From assembly GCA_965205855.1 (NCBI GenBank), contig OZ242184.1:1216001-1280000 (forward strand): a stretch of 64,000 nucleotides of DNA, read 5' to 3'. The notes under the pieces were generated by a model. The model was not told the DNA's origin, did no database searches, and saw only the letters and a program-made list of their open reading frames with translations. Position 1 is the first letter of the stretch, and every line of letters begins with the position of its first letter. The stretch is from Thermodesulfobacteriota bacterium (GTDB taxonomy: Bacteria > Desulfobacterota_D > UBA1144 > Nemesobacterales > Mycalebacteriaceae). This document shows positions 49,101 through 57,798 of the stretch, one piece after another. Made by a program: the position numbers and the translations under genes.

Positions 49101-49918
49101 AAGACGCCCCGGCAAAGCCGGAAAAAGACGCTTTTGACTCGCTCGCCGACTGCGGGTGGTCTCCCAGAAACGAAAAGGTTTTCTCTCCCGAAGGGGAATT
49201 TGACCCCGTGGAGATTGAACGGGACACCCTCGCGGCGCGGCGCGGAAACTTTGACGCCGAAGAGTCCACGGGAACGGCGAAAAAGCCGGGGAACGGGCGG
49301 AAAATTGATATCTACAACACCGCACGCCGTTATGTGATGCGCGGGGAATTTTCCACGCAATGGGAAAAAGACAAACGGCACGGAAACCTTGCGGTTATTT
49401 TTCTCGTTGATTCCAGTGGCTCAATGTCTGTGGGAAAACAGATATCGCACGCGAAAAAAATCATCGGTGAAACGGTGAGAAAAAACAGGGGGAAAACCAT
49501 AGAGTTTACGGGAGTCGCGATTTTGGATGACGGGGCGGCGGTTTTTTCGCCTCCGGGACGGGACACGGAAAAACTTATTTCCCGGCTCGCGGGACTGAAA
49601 ACCGGAGGCAGAACAAACATGAGCGCGGGCATAGAGATTGCGGATAAAATCGTGCGCAAAAACAAGAACGGAAAGCGCGCGGCTGCGGTTCATATATTCA
49701 CCGACGGCAGAATCAACTTCTGTGAAAGCGGCGGCGATCCGTTTGAAGACAGCGTAATAAGGCTCAGGCGTCTTACCGGAAAACATGTGAGCGCGACCGT
49801 TGTGGACACAGAAGCCGGGTTTGTCAGAATAGGCGCAGCGAAAAAATTTGCCGAAAGAACGGGCGCGTCTTATATACGGCCGGCGGTTGCCGCGACGGCG
49901 GTTTGGGATGTATTATAA
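49064..49918 (+). CDS. vWA domain of ChlD-like chelatase subunit, in -1 frame relative to upstream ATPase
   Basis: MIDAS FLVDSSGSM, GG.T, FTDGR.N, VVDTE.G..R.G.A; frame is open back to the A10 run at 49056-49065 (ORF track starts it at TTG 49097). Confidence 0.8.
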   Translation, partial: NSGTPNPENGDLKDAPAKPEKDAFDSLADCGWSPRNEKVFSPEGEFDPVEIERDTLAARRGNFDAEESTGTAKKPGNGRKIDIYNTARRYVMRGEFSTQWEKDKRHGNLAVIFLVDSSGSMSVGKQISHAKKIIGETVRKNRGKTIEFTGVAILDDGAAVFSPPGRDTEKLISRLAGLKTGGRTNMSAGIEIADKIVRKNKNGKRAAAVHIFTDGRINFCESGGDPFEDSVIRLRRLTGKHVSATVVDTEAGFVRIGAAKKFAERTGASYIRPAVAATAVWDVL

Positions 49919-49941
49919 AGTCGTCTGTGAGGAAACCGACT

Positions 49942-50514
49942 TTGAAGATATACACAAAAAAAGGCGATACGGGTAAGACGGCGCTTTTCGGCGGGCGTCG
50001 CGTCGACAAGGACGATGTGCGGGTTGATTGCTACGGAACTCTGGACGAGGCAAATTCCACAATCGGGCTTTTGCGCTCAAAACTGAGTGAGAACCACGAG
50101 TGGCAAAAGGGCCTGCACAAAATACAGAAGGACATGATGGATATGATGTCTCATCTTGCCCGTCCGTCTGATTCGCACAAGGAAAACACAAACCCGATGC
50201 CTACTGACGGCGCGGAATTCTGCGAAAAATGGGTGGACGAACTTGAGGAGAAAATGTCGTCTCCGTCGGACTATTTTCTGCTTCCGGGGGGAAACGAGAT
50301 ATCCGCGCTCTGCCATGTTGTGAGAACGCAAGTCAGAAGGGGCGAGCGTAAACTCGTCTCGCTTATGAAAGAGGACAAAATAAACCCCGCGATTGCGGCT
50401 TACATAAACCGCCTTTCGGATCTTTTCTTTACGCTTGCGAGAGCGGAAATGGACAGCAAGGGAGTGGCGGAAGAAAAATGGCGGCTGTTTCTTTACAAGA
50501 AAAAAAGGAAATGA
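49942..50514 (+). CDS. pduO: Cob(I)alamin adenosyltransferase, PduO type
   Basis: KIYTK.GD.G.T.L, YGT.DE.NS, F.LPGG, H..RT..RR.ER, Y.NRLSD..F..AR; TTG 49942 after GAGGA. Confidence 0.92.
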   Translation: MKIYTKKGDTGKTALFGGRRVDKDDVRVDCYGTLDEANSTIGLLRSKLSENHEWQKGLHKIQKDMMDMMSHLARPSDSHKENTNPMPTDGAEFCEKWVDELEEKMSSPSDYFLLPGGNEISALCHVVRTQVRRGERKLVSLMKEDKINPAIAAYINRLSDLFFTLARAEMDSKGVAEEKWRLFLYKKKRK

Positions 50515-50524
50515 AAACCGCGCG

Positions 50525-52726
50525 TCAGACCTTTTTAAGAAAAGAAGCCATAATCCTTTTTCTTCCCACAGCGGGAAAGAAAACCGTTACTGCCGCCTTT
50601 ACGCCGTTGCCGTCAATCTTCAAAACCTTTCCGCGTCCGAATTGTTCATTGTGGACATAGACCCCGGCGGAAAATCCGTGACTTTCCGCGCAAGTGTCCG
50701 GAGTGGAAAGAGGAACCGCTTCGGGCTCTGTGGACGGAAAAACCGCAAACGGTTCGTCCCCGTGCGGATAGCACTCAAACATTTCCGGGACAAAATCCTC
50801 GTATTCTTTCAACTCATCGGGAATTTCGTCAAAAAATCGGGACAAACACGCGGGTTCTTTTTTCCCGTATGTGTTTTTTTGAACCGGATAACACAGAAAA
50901 AGCCGCTTTTTCGCCCGCGTCATCCCCACATAGCAAAGACGTCTTTCTTCCTCAATATCTTCGATTATTCCGCTTTTTGAGAGCGGAATAACATCTTCAT
51001 TCATACCAACTATGAATACGACCGGAAACTCAAGACCCTTGGACGCGTGAAGCGTCATAAGTTTCACCACACCTTCGCCGGCTTCGGTGTCCGTGTCACT
51101 TGCAAGGGCTATCTGTTCCACAAATCCCCGGAAATCAGAACCCACGACGCGGTCAAACTCATGGGCGGAATTGAGAAACTCGTCAATGTTTTCCTTTCTG
51201 TCTCCGCCTTTGTCCAGCAACTCCCGGTAACCGCTTTTTTCAATAACCTGATTCGCCGTTTCAAAGGCCCCTTTACCTTCGACAAACTCCGCGATGCCGT
51301 CCATCATACGCGCGAATTTTCCCACAGAAGTCGCCGCCCGTTTGGAAAGAAACCCGCCCTTCTCGGCGCCTCGGGCAGCTTCCATAATTGACAATCCGCC
51401 CGCGGCGGCAAACTCTGAAAGTTTCGTGACTGTCGCCTTGCCTATACCGCGCGGTGGTATGTTGATTACCCTCATCGCGGCGCTGTCATCGGAGGGATTC
51501 ATAAGAAGACGCAGATAAGAAACCACATCCTTGATCTCCGCCCTTGCGTAGAAACTGAGCGCGCCAACCAGAACGCACGAAAGTCCGTCTTCTTTGGCAA
51601 ACCTTTCTTCAATAAGCCGGGATTTGCTGTTTGTGCGGTAGAGAATGGCGAAATCACCGGGCGAAAAATCACCGTTTTCAACGAGCGGTTTAATTTTTGA
51701 AACAACAAAATCCGCCTCATCAAACTCATTGCGCGCCTCGTATATTGCTATTTTTTCACCCTCATCCCCATCCGTCCACATATCCTTTTTTACGCCGAGT
51801 TGGTTGTTAGTGATAAGAGCATTTGACGCCTTCAGTATAGTAGAAGTTGAGCGGTAATTTTTGCTGAGTTTAATCTCTTTCGCTCCCGGAAAATCTTCCG
51901 AAAAACCGAGAATGTTTTTCACATCCGCCCCGCGCCATCCGTATATTGACTGACTGTCATCGCCAACTGCGCAAACATCGGCGTTGTCCTCTCCGAGCAT
52001 TTTCACAATTTGATACTGAATGCGGTTTGTGTCCTGATATTCGTCAACCAGAATGTGCTTGAACCTTTTTCTGTACTTTTCCAGAGTTTCGCGGTCTTTG
52101 TTAAAAAGGCGGACAACAAACATAAGCAAATCGTTGAAATCAAGCGCGTTGGCTTTTTTCATCGCAGAGTCGCAGGCGGCAATTATCTCCATTTTTTCCG
52201 CAACATCTCTTTCGCCTTGGCGGAAATCCCGCGCAGACGGAGGAAAAACGCCGTCTCTTTTGAACCGTTCAATAATGCTTCTTATCAATTTGGGAGGAAT
52301 TCTCTCCTCTCTTATGTTCATTTCAAAAAGACATCTTTTAATCAGGTTTTTCTGATCGCCCGTGTCGTAAATAACAAAATTGCCTTTATATCCGAGCCCG
52401 AGATTTTCTATGTCGGCGCGCAGTATGCGTGCGCAGACGGAATGAAAGGTGCCAAGCCATATCCCCGCGATACTGTCGGGCAGAAGCGCCTCAACCCTTT
52501 CCCGTATCTCACGCGCCGCCCTGTTTGTGAATGTAACGGCGAGAATTTCCGATGGGCGGACTTGTTTCTCTTTTATGAGAAACGCTATACGGGTTGTAAG
52601 GACACGGGTTTTACCCGAACCTGCGCCCGCGAAAACAAGGAGGTGTCCGCCTGTGTGGGAAACCGCCTCGGACTGTTCGGGGTTGAGTCCTGCGGCGTTT
52701 TGAGTGGACTGTTCGTCTGTCTTCAT
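50525..52726 (-). CDS. pcrA: ATP-dependent DNA helicase UvrD/PcrA
   Basis: AGAGSGKTRVL, TFTN.AA, TFHS, VDEYQDTN, VGD..QSIY.WRGA, NYRST, H.SKGLEF, EERRL.YVG.TRA. Confidence 0.95.
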   Translation of the reverse strand: MKTDEQSTQNAAGLNPEQSEAVSHTGGHLLVFAGAGSGKTRVLTTRIAFLIKEKQVRPSEILAVTFTNRAAREIRERVEALLPDSIAGIWLGTFHSVCARILRADIENLGLGYKGNFVIYDTGDQKNLIKRCLFEMNIREERIPPKLIRSIIERFKRDGVFPPSARDFRQGERDVAEKMEIIAACDSAMKKANALDFNDLLMFVVRLFNKDRETLEKYRKRFKHILVDEYQDTNRIQYQIVKMLGEDNADVCAVGDDSQSIYGWRGADVKNILGFSEDFPGAKEIKLSKNYRSTSTILKASNALITNNQLGVKKDMWTDGDEGEKIAIYEARNEFDEADFVVSKIKPLVENGDFSPGDFAILYRTNSKSRLIEERFAKEDGLSCVLVGALSFYARAEIKDVVSYLRLLMNPSDDSAAMRVINIPPRGIGKATVTKLSEFAAAGGLSIMEAARGAEKGGFLSKRAATSVGKFARMMDGIAEFVEGKGAFETANQVIEKSGYRELLDKGGDRKENIDEFLNSAHEFDRVVGSDFRGFVEQIALASDTDTEAGEGVVKLMTLHASKGLEFPVVFIVGMNEDVIPLSKSGIIEDIEEERRLCYVGMTRAKKRLFLCYPVQKNTYGKKEPACLSRFFDEIPDELKEYEDFVPEMFECYPHGDEPFAVFPSTEPEAVPLSTPDTCAESHGFSAGVYVHNEQFGRGKVLKIDGNGVKAAVTVFFPAVGRKRIMASFLKKV

Positions 52727-52738
52727 TTTGCAGGTGTT

Positions 52739-53491
52739 TCAGTCTTTTTGTTTGTCCGCCGCGCTTTCAGAAGAGCGGGAAAAGTGTATTCCGCACTCTT
52801 TGTCGGAACCGGATTCCCACCACCATCTTCCGGCTCTCGGATCTTCCCCCGGAGCGACCGCGCGCGTGCAGGGAGCGCAGCCGATTGACGGATATCCCAT
52901 GTCGTGCAGTTTGTTATACGGAACGCCGTTTGACCTCACATAGTCCCAGACCTCCTGTTCGGTCCAGTTGACTATCGGGTTGATTTTCAAAATTCCCCCA
53001 TTAACAAGGTCTTTCTCAAATTTGCGTGCCAGAGCCCGCTGTTCGGTCTGATTGCTACGCAGAGAAGTTATCCACCCGTCAACTCCGCGCAGGTATTTGC
53101 GGAGCGGGTTAACCTTCCTCACCCCGCAACACATACGCCTGTTTTCCACGCCCCGGTAGAAAAAGTTTATACCATGCTTAGAGACCATGTCGCCGACCTC
53201 AAGCGCATCGGGAAAAACAACCTCAATGCGCGCGCCGTATTTTTCCCTCACCTGCTCCATCACTTCGAAGGTCTCGGAATTCAGCCGTCCGGTGTCAAGG
53301 GTGAAGATACGCGCGTCCGGTTTCACTTTCATAAGGATGTCTATCAAGACCGTCCCCTGTGCCTGAAAACTCGTGGCGAGCGCGACTTTGGGGTGAAGTT
53401 TTTCAATAGTCCAAGCCAGAACATCCGCGGGATTTTTATCCGCGAACCGCCTGTTCAATTCATCAATTTGCGCCGCTGTAAATTCCATCAT
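52739..53491 (-). CDS. cysH: Adenosine-5'-phosphosulfate (APS/PAPS) reductase, Fe-S type
   Basis: LDTG, CC..RKV.PL, K.NP...W, L...GYPSIGC.PCT, R.GRW, ECGIH. Confidence 0.93.
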   Translation of the reverse strand: MMEFTAAQIDELNRRFADKNPADVLAWTIEKLHPKVALATSFQAQGTVLIDILMKVKPDARIFTLDTGRLNSETFEVMEQVREKYGARIEVVFPDALEVGDMVSKHGINFFYRGVENRRMCCGVRKVNPLRKYLRGVDGWITSLRSNQTEQRALARKFEKDLVNGGILKINPIVNWTEQEVWDYVRSNGVPYNKLHDMGYPSIGCAPCTRAVAPGEDPRAGRWWWESGSDKECGIHFSRSSESAADKQKD

Positions 53492-53495
53492 TTCC

Positions 53496-54473
53496 TTATT
53501 GTAGCACAAACAGCATTGCGGCGAAGTATCCGATTGCCACCGTGAAAAACGGCACCGCGAGCCAGAAAAACGCTATTTTGAGCACATGCCGGTTTTTCGC
53601 CGTTGTGCCAAATCCGTGCTGCGCGCAGGAAAAGCCTATAATTCCCGCAGTTACGATTTCGGTTATTGAAACGGGAATCCCCGCAAGAGACGCAACGATG
53701 ATTATCAGCGCGGCGGTCGCCTCAACGGTTATCGCCCTTATCAGGCATATCTCCGTTATTTCCTTCCCCACGGTTTCAAGAACCCTTCCGCCAAGCACAA
53801 GCGCCCCGACGGCCATTGCCACGCCCGCAAGAAGCGCGCCCGTCGAGGATTGTACAATTCCCAGTCCGACAATCGGGCCCACGGCGTTTGCGGAGTTGTT
53901 CGCGCCCGCGGCAAAAGCAAGAAAAATACCTGAAACCGTTATGCAAAGTTTCAGCACACTGCTGACGCCTTTCTCGGAAAAATTGTCGGCAAGATAGTTG
54001 AGGATTTTGTAATACAAAAACTTGCCCACAAGAAAACCTATAAGCCATGACAAGACCGGCGCAGCAACCCACCAGACAACTATTTCATAAAAACGGGCAT
54101 AGTTGAGAGCCCCGAAGAAAATACCCATGCCCACGATTGAACATACAATGGCATGAGTTGTGGCAACCGGAATTTTTGATATGTTCGCCCACGAAACAAA
54201 AACAAGCGCGATAACAAGCACTATGACCGTGAGAACGGCGTCGTTTGAGATTGTTTCGTGCGGAACCAGACCCTTACCTATTGTTTCCACAACCGGAGCG
54301 CCGGCGAGAATCGCGCCGAGAATCGCAAAAACCGCGATAATCCAAACCGCCTGCCTCTTTGTTCTCGCTCCCGCCCCGTAGGAAGACGCCATCGCGGCGG
54401 CGGAGTTGTTCGCGCCGATATTCACGGCGAGAAATCCTGACAAAACAACGGCGGATATCAAAATCAGTTCCAT
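53496..54473 (-). CDS. PiT-family anion transporter, probably CysP-type sulfate permease
   Basis: Two PiT signatures (NIGANN.A; GANN.AN.VGP), G..V..T.GK, P.S.T; immediately upstream of cysH. Confidence 0.8.
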   Translation of the reverse strand: MELILISAVVLSGFLAVNIGANNSAAAMASSYGAGARTKRQAVWIIAVFAILGAILAGAPVVETIGKGLVPHETISNDAVLTVIVLVIALVFVSWANISKIPVATTHAIVCSIVGMGIFFGALNYARFYEIVVWWVAAPVLSWLIGFLVGKFLYYKILNYLADNFSEKGVSSVLKLCITVSGIFLAFAAGANNSANAVGPIVGLGIVQSSTGALLAGVAMAVGALVLGGRVLETVGKEITEICLIRAITVEATAALIIIVASLAGIPVSITEIVTAGIIGFSCAQHGFGTTAKNRHVLKIAFFWLAVPFFTVAIGYFAAMLFVLQ

Positions 54474-54541
54474 ATCAAAACTCTCTCAAACAAACTGCAA
54501 AGAAAACTCCGGCGCGTTTTCCCCTGTGGTAAGGAAACGCG

Positions 54542-54590
54542 AAAAAAACGCATGTTTTCAATGCCCTGTAAAAAACAGGGGAAAACTGCG
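54542..54590 (-). terminator. Leader-region intrinsic terminator-like hairpin (putative attenuator)
   Basis: Minus strand CGCA-GTTTTC-CCCTGT [T5 loop] ACAGGG-catt-GAAAAC-a-TGCG followed by T7. Confidence 0.7.
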
Positions 54591-54595
54591 CTCAA

Positions 54596-54682
54596 TCACA
54601 TACAACAGGAACAGCACACGCAACCGCAGGAACAGCGGTGGGTGCAAAAAGAGACAAAACAGTTGTAAAACGCATCTGACAT
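54596..54682 (-). CDS. Cys-rich leader peptide MSDAFYNCFVSFCTHRCSCGCVCCSCCM (28 aa, 9 Cys)
   Basis: Translated by hand; ATG 54682 to TGA 54596; below the ORF-track size cutoff; upstream of sulfate assimilation genes. Confidence 0.7.
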   Translation of the reverse strand: MSDAFYNCFVSFCTHRCSCGCVCCSCCM

Positions 54683-54712
54683 TGTTTGCAACTCATCCGA
54701 TTTCAGGAGAAA

Positions 54713-54741
54713 GTAATATGTGGAAAAAAGGGGAAAGTCAA
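54713..54741 (-). promoter_or_regulatory. Putative sigma70 promoter for the leader-pit-cysH transcript
   Basis: TTGACT (54736-54741), 17-nt spacer, TATTAC (54713-54718). Confidence 0.45.
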
Positions 54742-54762
54742 TCATCACAGGCTGAAAAGCGT

Positions 54763-55305
54763 TCACTCAACCAGATCTTTCACATCAAATATACTGAAAA
54801 ACTCAATCCCTTCATCGGAGAAAATTTTGCTTGATTCGGCGCGACTGACAACCGCCATAACCTTTGAAACCTCCACGCCCGCGGCTCTCACCGCTTCAAT
54901 CGCACCCATAACCGAGCCGCCCGTGGTAACAACATCTTCAACCATCACGACGCGGTCTCCTTTCTCCAAATTACCCTCAATCAGTTTCTGCGTCCCGTGG
55001 TTTTTTTCCGCTTTGCGAACTATAAAACCCCGGACATCGGTTCTTTCGCATAATGACAGTATCGCTCCGACTATCGGGTCGGCTCCGAGCGTGGGGCCTC
55101 CAATGGCGTTTGCGTCTTTATCCTTTGAAAACTCGGCAAGAAAAATCGTGGCAATCAGCCGCGCGCCTTCGGGGTGAAGCGTGGTTTTTCTGGCGTCTAT
55201 GTAAAGACTGCTTTTTTTACCCGAAGCAAGGGTGTAATCACCAAAGACAACGGACTGCTCAAGCAGTATGCGACGCAAATCGTCCCTTTCGTTTTTCAAA
55301 TTCAT
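54763..55305 (-). CDS. pyrE: Orotate phosphoribosyltransferase
   Basis: G...LASG..S..Y.D, GG..LGA.P, RK..K.HG, VEDV.TTGGS. Confidence 0.95.
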   Translation of the reverse strand: MNLKNERDDLRRILLEQSVVFGDYTLASGKKSSLYIDARKTTLHPEGARLIATIFLAEFSKDKDANAIGGPTLGADPIVGAILSLCERTDVRGFIVRKAEKNHGTQKLIEGNLEKGDRVVMVEDVVTTGGSVMGAIEAVRAAGVEVSKVMAVVSRAESSKIFSDEGIEFFSIFDVKDLVE

Positions 55306-55397
55306 AAAACCGGATTGAAATTACACCGCTACGCCTCGTTATTCAATCCGTTACGTTCAATCCGCCTCGCTCAATCTGTTATTGTTTTTCTTCGGAA

Positions 55398-56795
55398 ATG
55401 ACAAACACAAACGCGACAACCGCTCTCGGAGCGGCGGCAACCGTGATGCTCTGGGCTATCACCGCACTTTCGGACAGGTTCGGGAGTTTTCCTCAGGGAC
55501 TTGCGGAAATGCCCGTAATTGAAACAGTCGCCCTTCTTTGCGCCTCGGCGGTTTTCTATCTTGGCGCCGTGCGTTTTGCCGGACGGGAAAGCGGTGCGTT
55601 GCCGTTCGCGCTTGTTTTTGGAATCGGGATTTTGATGAGAGCGGCGGGGCTCTTTGCAAGCCCGGTTCTTGAAGATGATTACTTCAGATACCTATGGGAC
55701 GGCGCGGTCGCGGCAAAGGGAATAAATCCATATCTGTTCTCTCCCTCGGAAGCCGTTACGGGAGAGGCTGGAGACGCTCTTGAAGTGCTCGCGGCGCAGT
55801 CTGGCGAGGTCGTGTGGCGCGTAAACCATCCTTATCTGAAAACAATCTACCCTCCTGCAACGCAGGCTTTTTTTGCCTTATCAAATGTTATCTCGGAGTG
55901 GAGCGTGGGAGTCTGGCGGCTTGTCCTGCTCACGGCGGATGTGGCGACTTTTTTCATTTTACGAGCAATGGGCGGAAATAAAACCAATCCCGTAATCTAC
56001 TGGTGGAATCCGCTTGTCGTCTTTGCCTTTTTTTTCTCATGTCATTTTGACGCGTTGGTGTTCCCGTTTGTTCTCGGCGCGCTCGCGGCGACGAGGAAAA
56101 ATCGCGGGAATCTCGCCGTTTTACTGCTTTCCGTCTCAGTCTCGGTAAAGTTGTGGACGGCGGCGCTGATTGCGCCGCTTGTCCGCGGCGCCGGTGGAGG
56201 CGCGAAAAAAACCCTCGCGCTGATAGCGCTTTTTGCCGCCTCCGCAACAGCGATGCTTTCTCCCCTTCTTTTTTACGGATTGGGTGAAAACTCCGGTCTT
56301 GCCGCTTACGCGGAAAGCTGGGAAAATAACAGCTCGTTTTTCAGACTCAATCTGCTCGCTTCGCGAAACATGGCGGAGTTGGCCGGGTTCCACCCCGGAT
56401 ACGGACAGATAGCGGCAAGGATTTCCACCGCCGTTATAATCACGCTCGGTGCCGCTTACGGTTTTTTCTCAAACAGATGGAAAAGCGATGACACCGCTGG
56501 AAGGTTTCTTTTTGTTTCCGCCCTTGTGTTCCTCGTTCTGCCAACCCAGTTCCCGTGGTACTACTGCTGGATTGTCCCGTTTCTCGCTTTGAGAAAAGAC
56601 GGGGCAAAATGGTCCCTGCTCGTCCTCACCGCTCTTCTTCCGCTCTACTACACAAAGTACCGGATTGAACAGCCGGAAAACGGCGGGCTGTTTGACGGCC
56701 TTATTGTGTGGATTGAATTCGTTCCGGTGTGGATAATGTTGTTTTTTGAACAAATACGAAGCAAAACGGCGGTGAGATTGAAAGATGAGGTTTGA
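55398..56795 (+). CDS. Multi-TM GT-C / GT87 (DUF2029)-like glycosyltransferase
   Basis: EDD.FRY.WDG......NPY..SP, NHP...TIYPP..Q, WNPL, H.D, PWY. Confidence 0.75.
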   Translation: MTNTNATTALGAAATVMLWAITALSDRFGSFPQGLAEMPVIETVALLCASAVFYLGAVRFAGRESGALPFALVFGIGILMRAAGLFASPVLEDDYFRYLWDGAVAAKGINPYLFSPSEAVTGEAGDALEVLAAQSGEVVWRVNHPYLKTIYPPATQAFFALSNVISEWSVGVWRLVLLTADVATFFILRAMGGNKTNPVIYWWNPLVVFAFFFSCHFDALVFPFVLGALAATRKNRGNLAVLLLSVSVSVKLWTAALIAPLVRGAGGGAKKTLALIALFAASATAMLSPLLFYGLGENSGLAAYAESWENNSSFFRLNLLASRNMAELAGFHPGYGQIAARISTAVIITLGAAYGFFSNRWKSDDTAGRFLFVSALVFLVLPTQFPWYYCWIVPFLALRKDGAKWSLLVLTALLPLYYTKYRIEQPENGGLFDGLIVWIEFVPVWIMLFFEQIRSKTAVRLKDEV

Positions 56796-57726
56796 AAAAG
56801 AAATCGCCGCCGCGCTTCCGGCGATCGCGCAAACATGCCTATTGTGCCTGTCCGCGCGACGCAAAGGGTTTGCGGATGCGGAAAAAAAGAAAGACAAAAC
56901 ACCCGTAACTGCAGCGGACTACGCGGCGCAGTTCATACTGACAAAAACCTTGAGAAAAACATTTCCGCGCGACGAGATTGTGGCGGAGGAGTCCCCCGAC
57001 CTTCCCGGCGGAACGGGCGGCGGCATGCTTGCGAAAATTCTGCAACTGCTCCCCGGAGAGAACGGCGGAGATATTCTGGAAACTCTGGGGTGCGGAGCGG
57101 GAAACGCGCACGCCAAAAGATTCTGGACGATTGACCCGATTGACGGAACGGCCGGATTTATAAGGGGCGCGCAGTTTGCGGTCGCGGTCGCTCTGGTTGA
57201 AGAGGGCGAGGTCTCACTCGGATTTCTCGGCTGCCCCGGACTCGGATTTATAATGCATGCCGCGCGCGACCTGGGGCTTTACAAAACCGGTGTTGACGGC
57301 TCCGGAGGAAAAAGGATTTTCCCACAAAAGCCACGCGAGGAGAAAATAGTCCTATGCGAAACAGCGGCCGGAACACCGGACGCATACGGCGTTTCGGGAA
57401 AGATCATACGCGGAGCGGCATCATTGACGGGAAAACGGACAGAGGCAATCACAATGGACGGCCAGTGTAAATATGCTCTTGTCGCGGAGCGGTCGGCGGA
57501 TGTTTTCCTGCGCGTTCCCAACTCCGGAGGGCGGAGGGAGAATATCTGGGACCATGCGGCGGGAGCCGTGATCGCGGGCGAATCGGGAGCAGAGGTCTCT
57601 GATTTTGACGGAGCCGTGCTTGATTTTTCCACAGGCGCGCAACTTGCACGCAACAGGGGAATAGTCGCCGCGGCGCGGGAGATTCACGGTGACATTATAA
57701 ACTCAATACAAAAAGCGGAAATTTGA
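56785..57726 (+). CDS. 3'(2'),5'-bisphosphate nucleotidase (HAL2/CysQ-like, inositol monophosphatase superfamily)
   Basis: K.D.TPVT.ADY, AEE, W..DPIDGT.GF, D.Q.KY, E.IWDHAAG. Confidence 0.88.
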   Translation: MRFEKEIAAALPAIAQTCLLCLSARRKGFADAEKKKDKTPVTAADYAAQFILTKTLRKTFPRDEIVAEESPDLPGGTGGGMLAKILQLLPGENGGDILETLGCGAGNAHAKRFWTIDPIDGTAGFIRGAQFAVAVALVEEGEVSLGFLGCPGLGFIMHAARDLGLYKTGVDGSGGKRIFPQKPREEKIVLCETAAGTPDAYGVSGKIIRGAASLTGKRTEAITMDGQCKYALVAERSADVFLRVPNSGGRRENIWDHAAGAVIAGESGAEVSDFDGAVLDFSTGAQLARNRGIVAAAREIHGDIINSIQKAEI

Positions 57727-57798
57727 AAAAAAATTCTCCGCCCGCCACCGCGCCGTGTTATTATTTGAACCTACTTAATAATTCCGGAGAGAAAACCA

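Noticed and set aside
54592-54696. Alternative-frame minus ORF MSCKQCQMRFTTVLSLFAPTAVPAVACAVPVVCD overlapping the Cys leader
   Set aside because: Only 4 scattered Cys and too close to the presumed transcription start; the 9-Cys frame explains the sequence bias better, though this frame is not strictly excluded.
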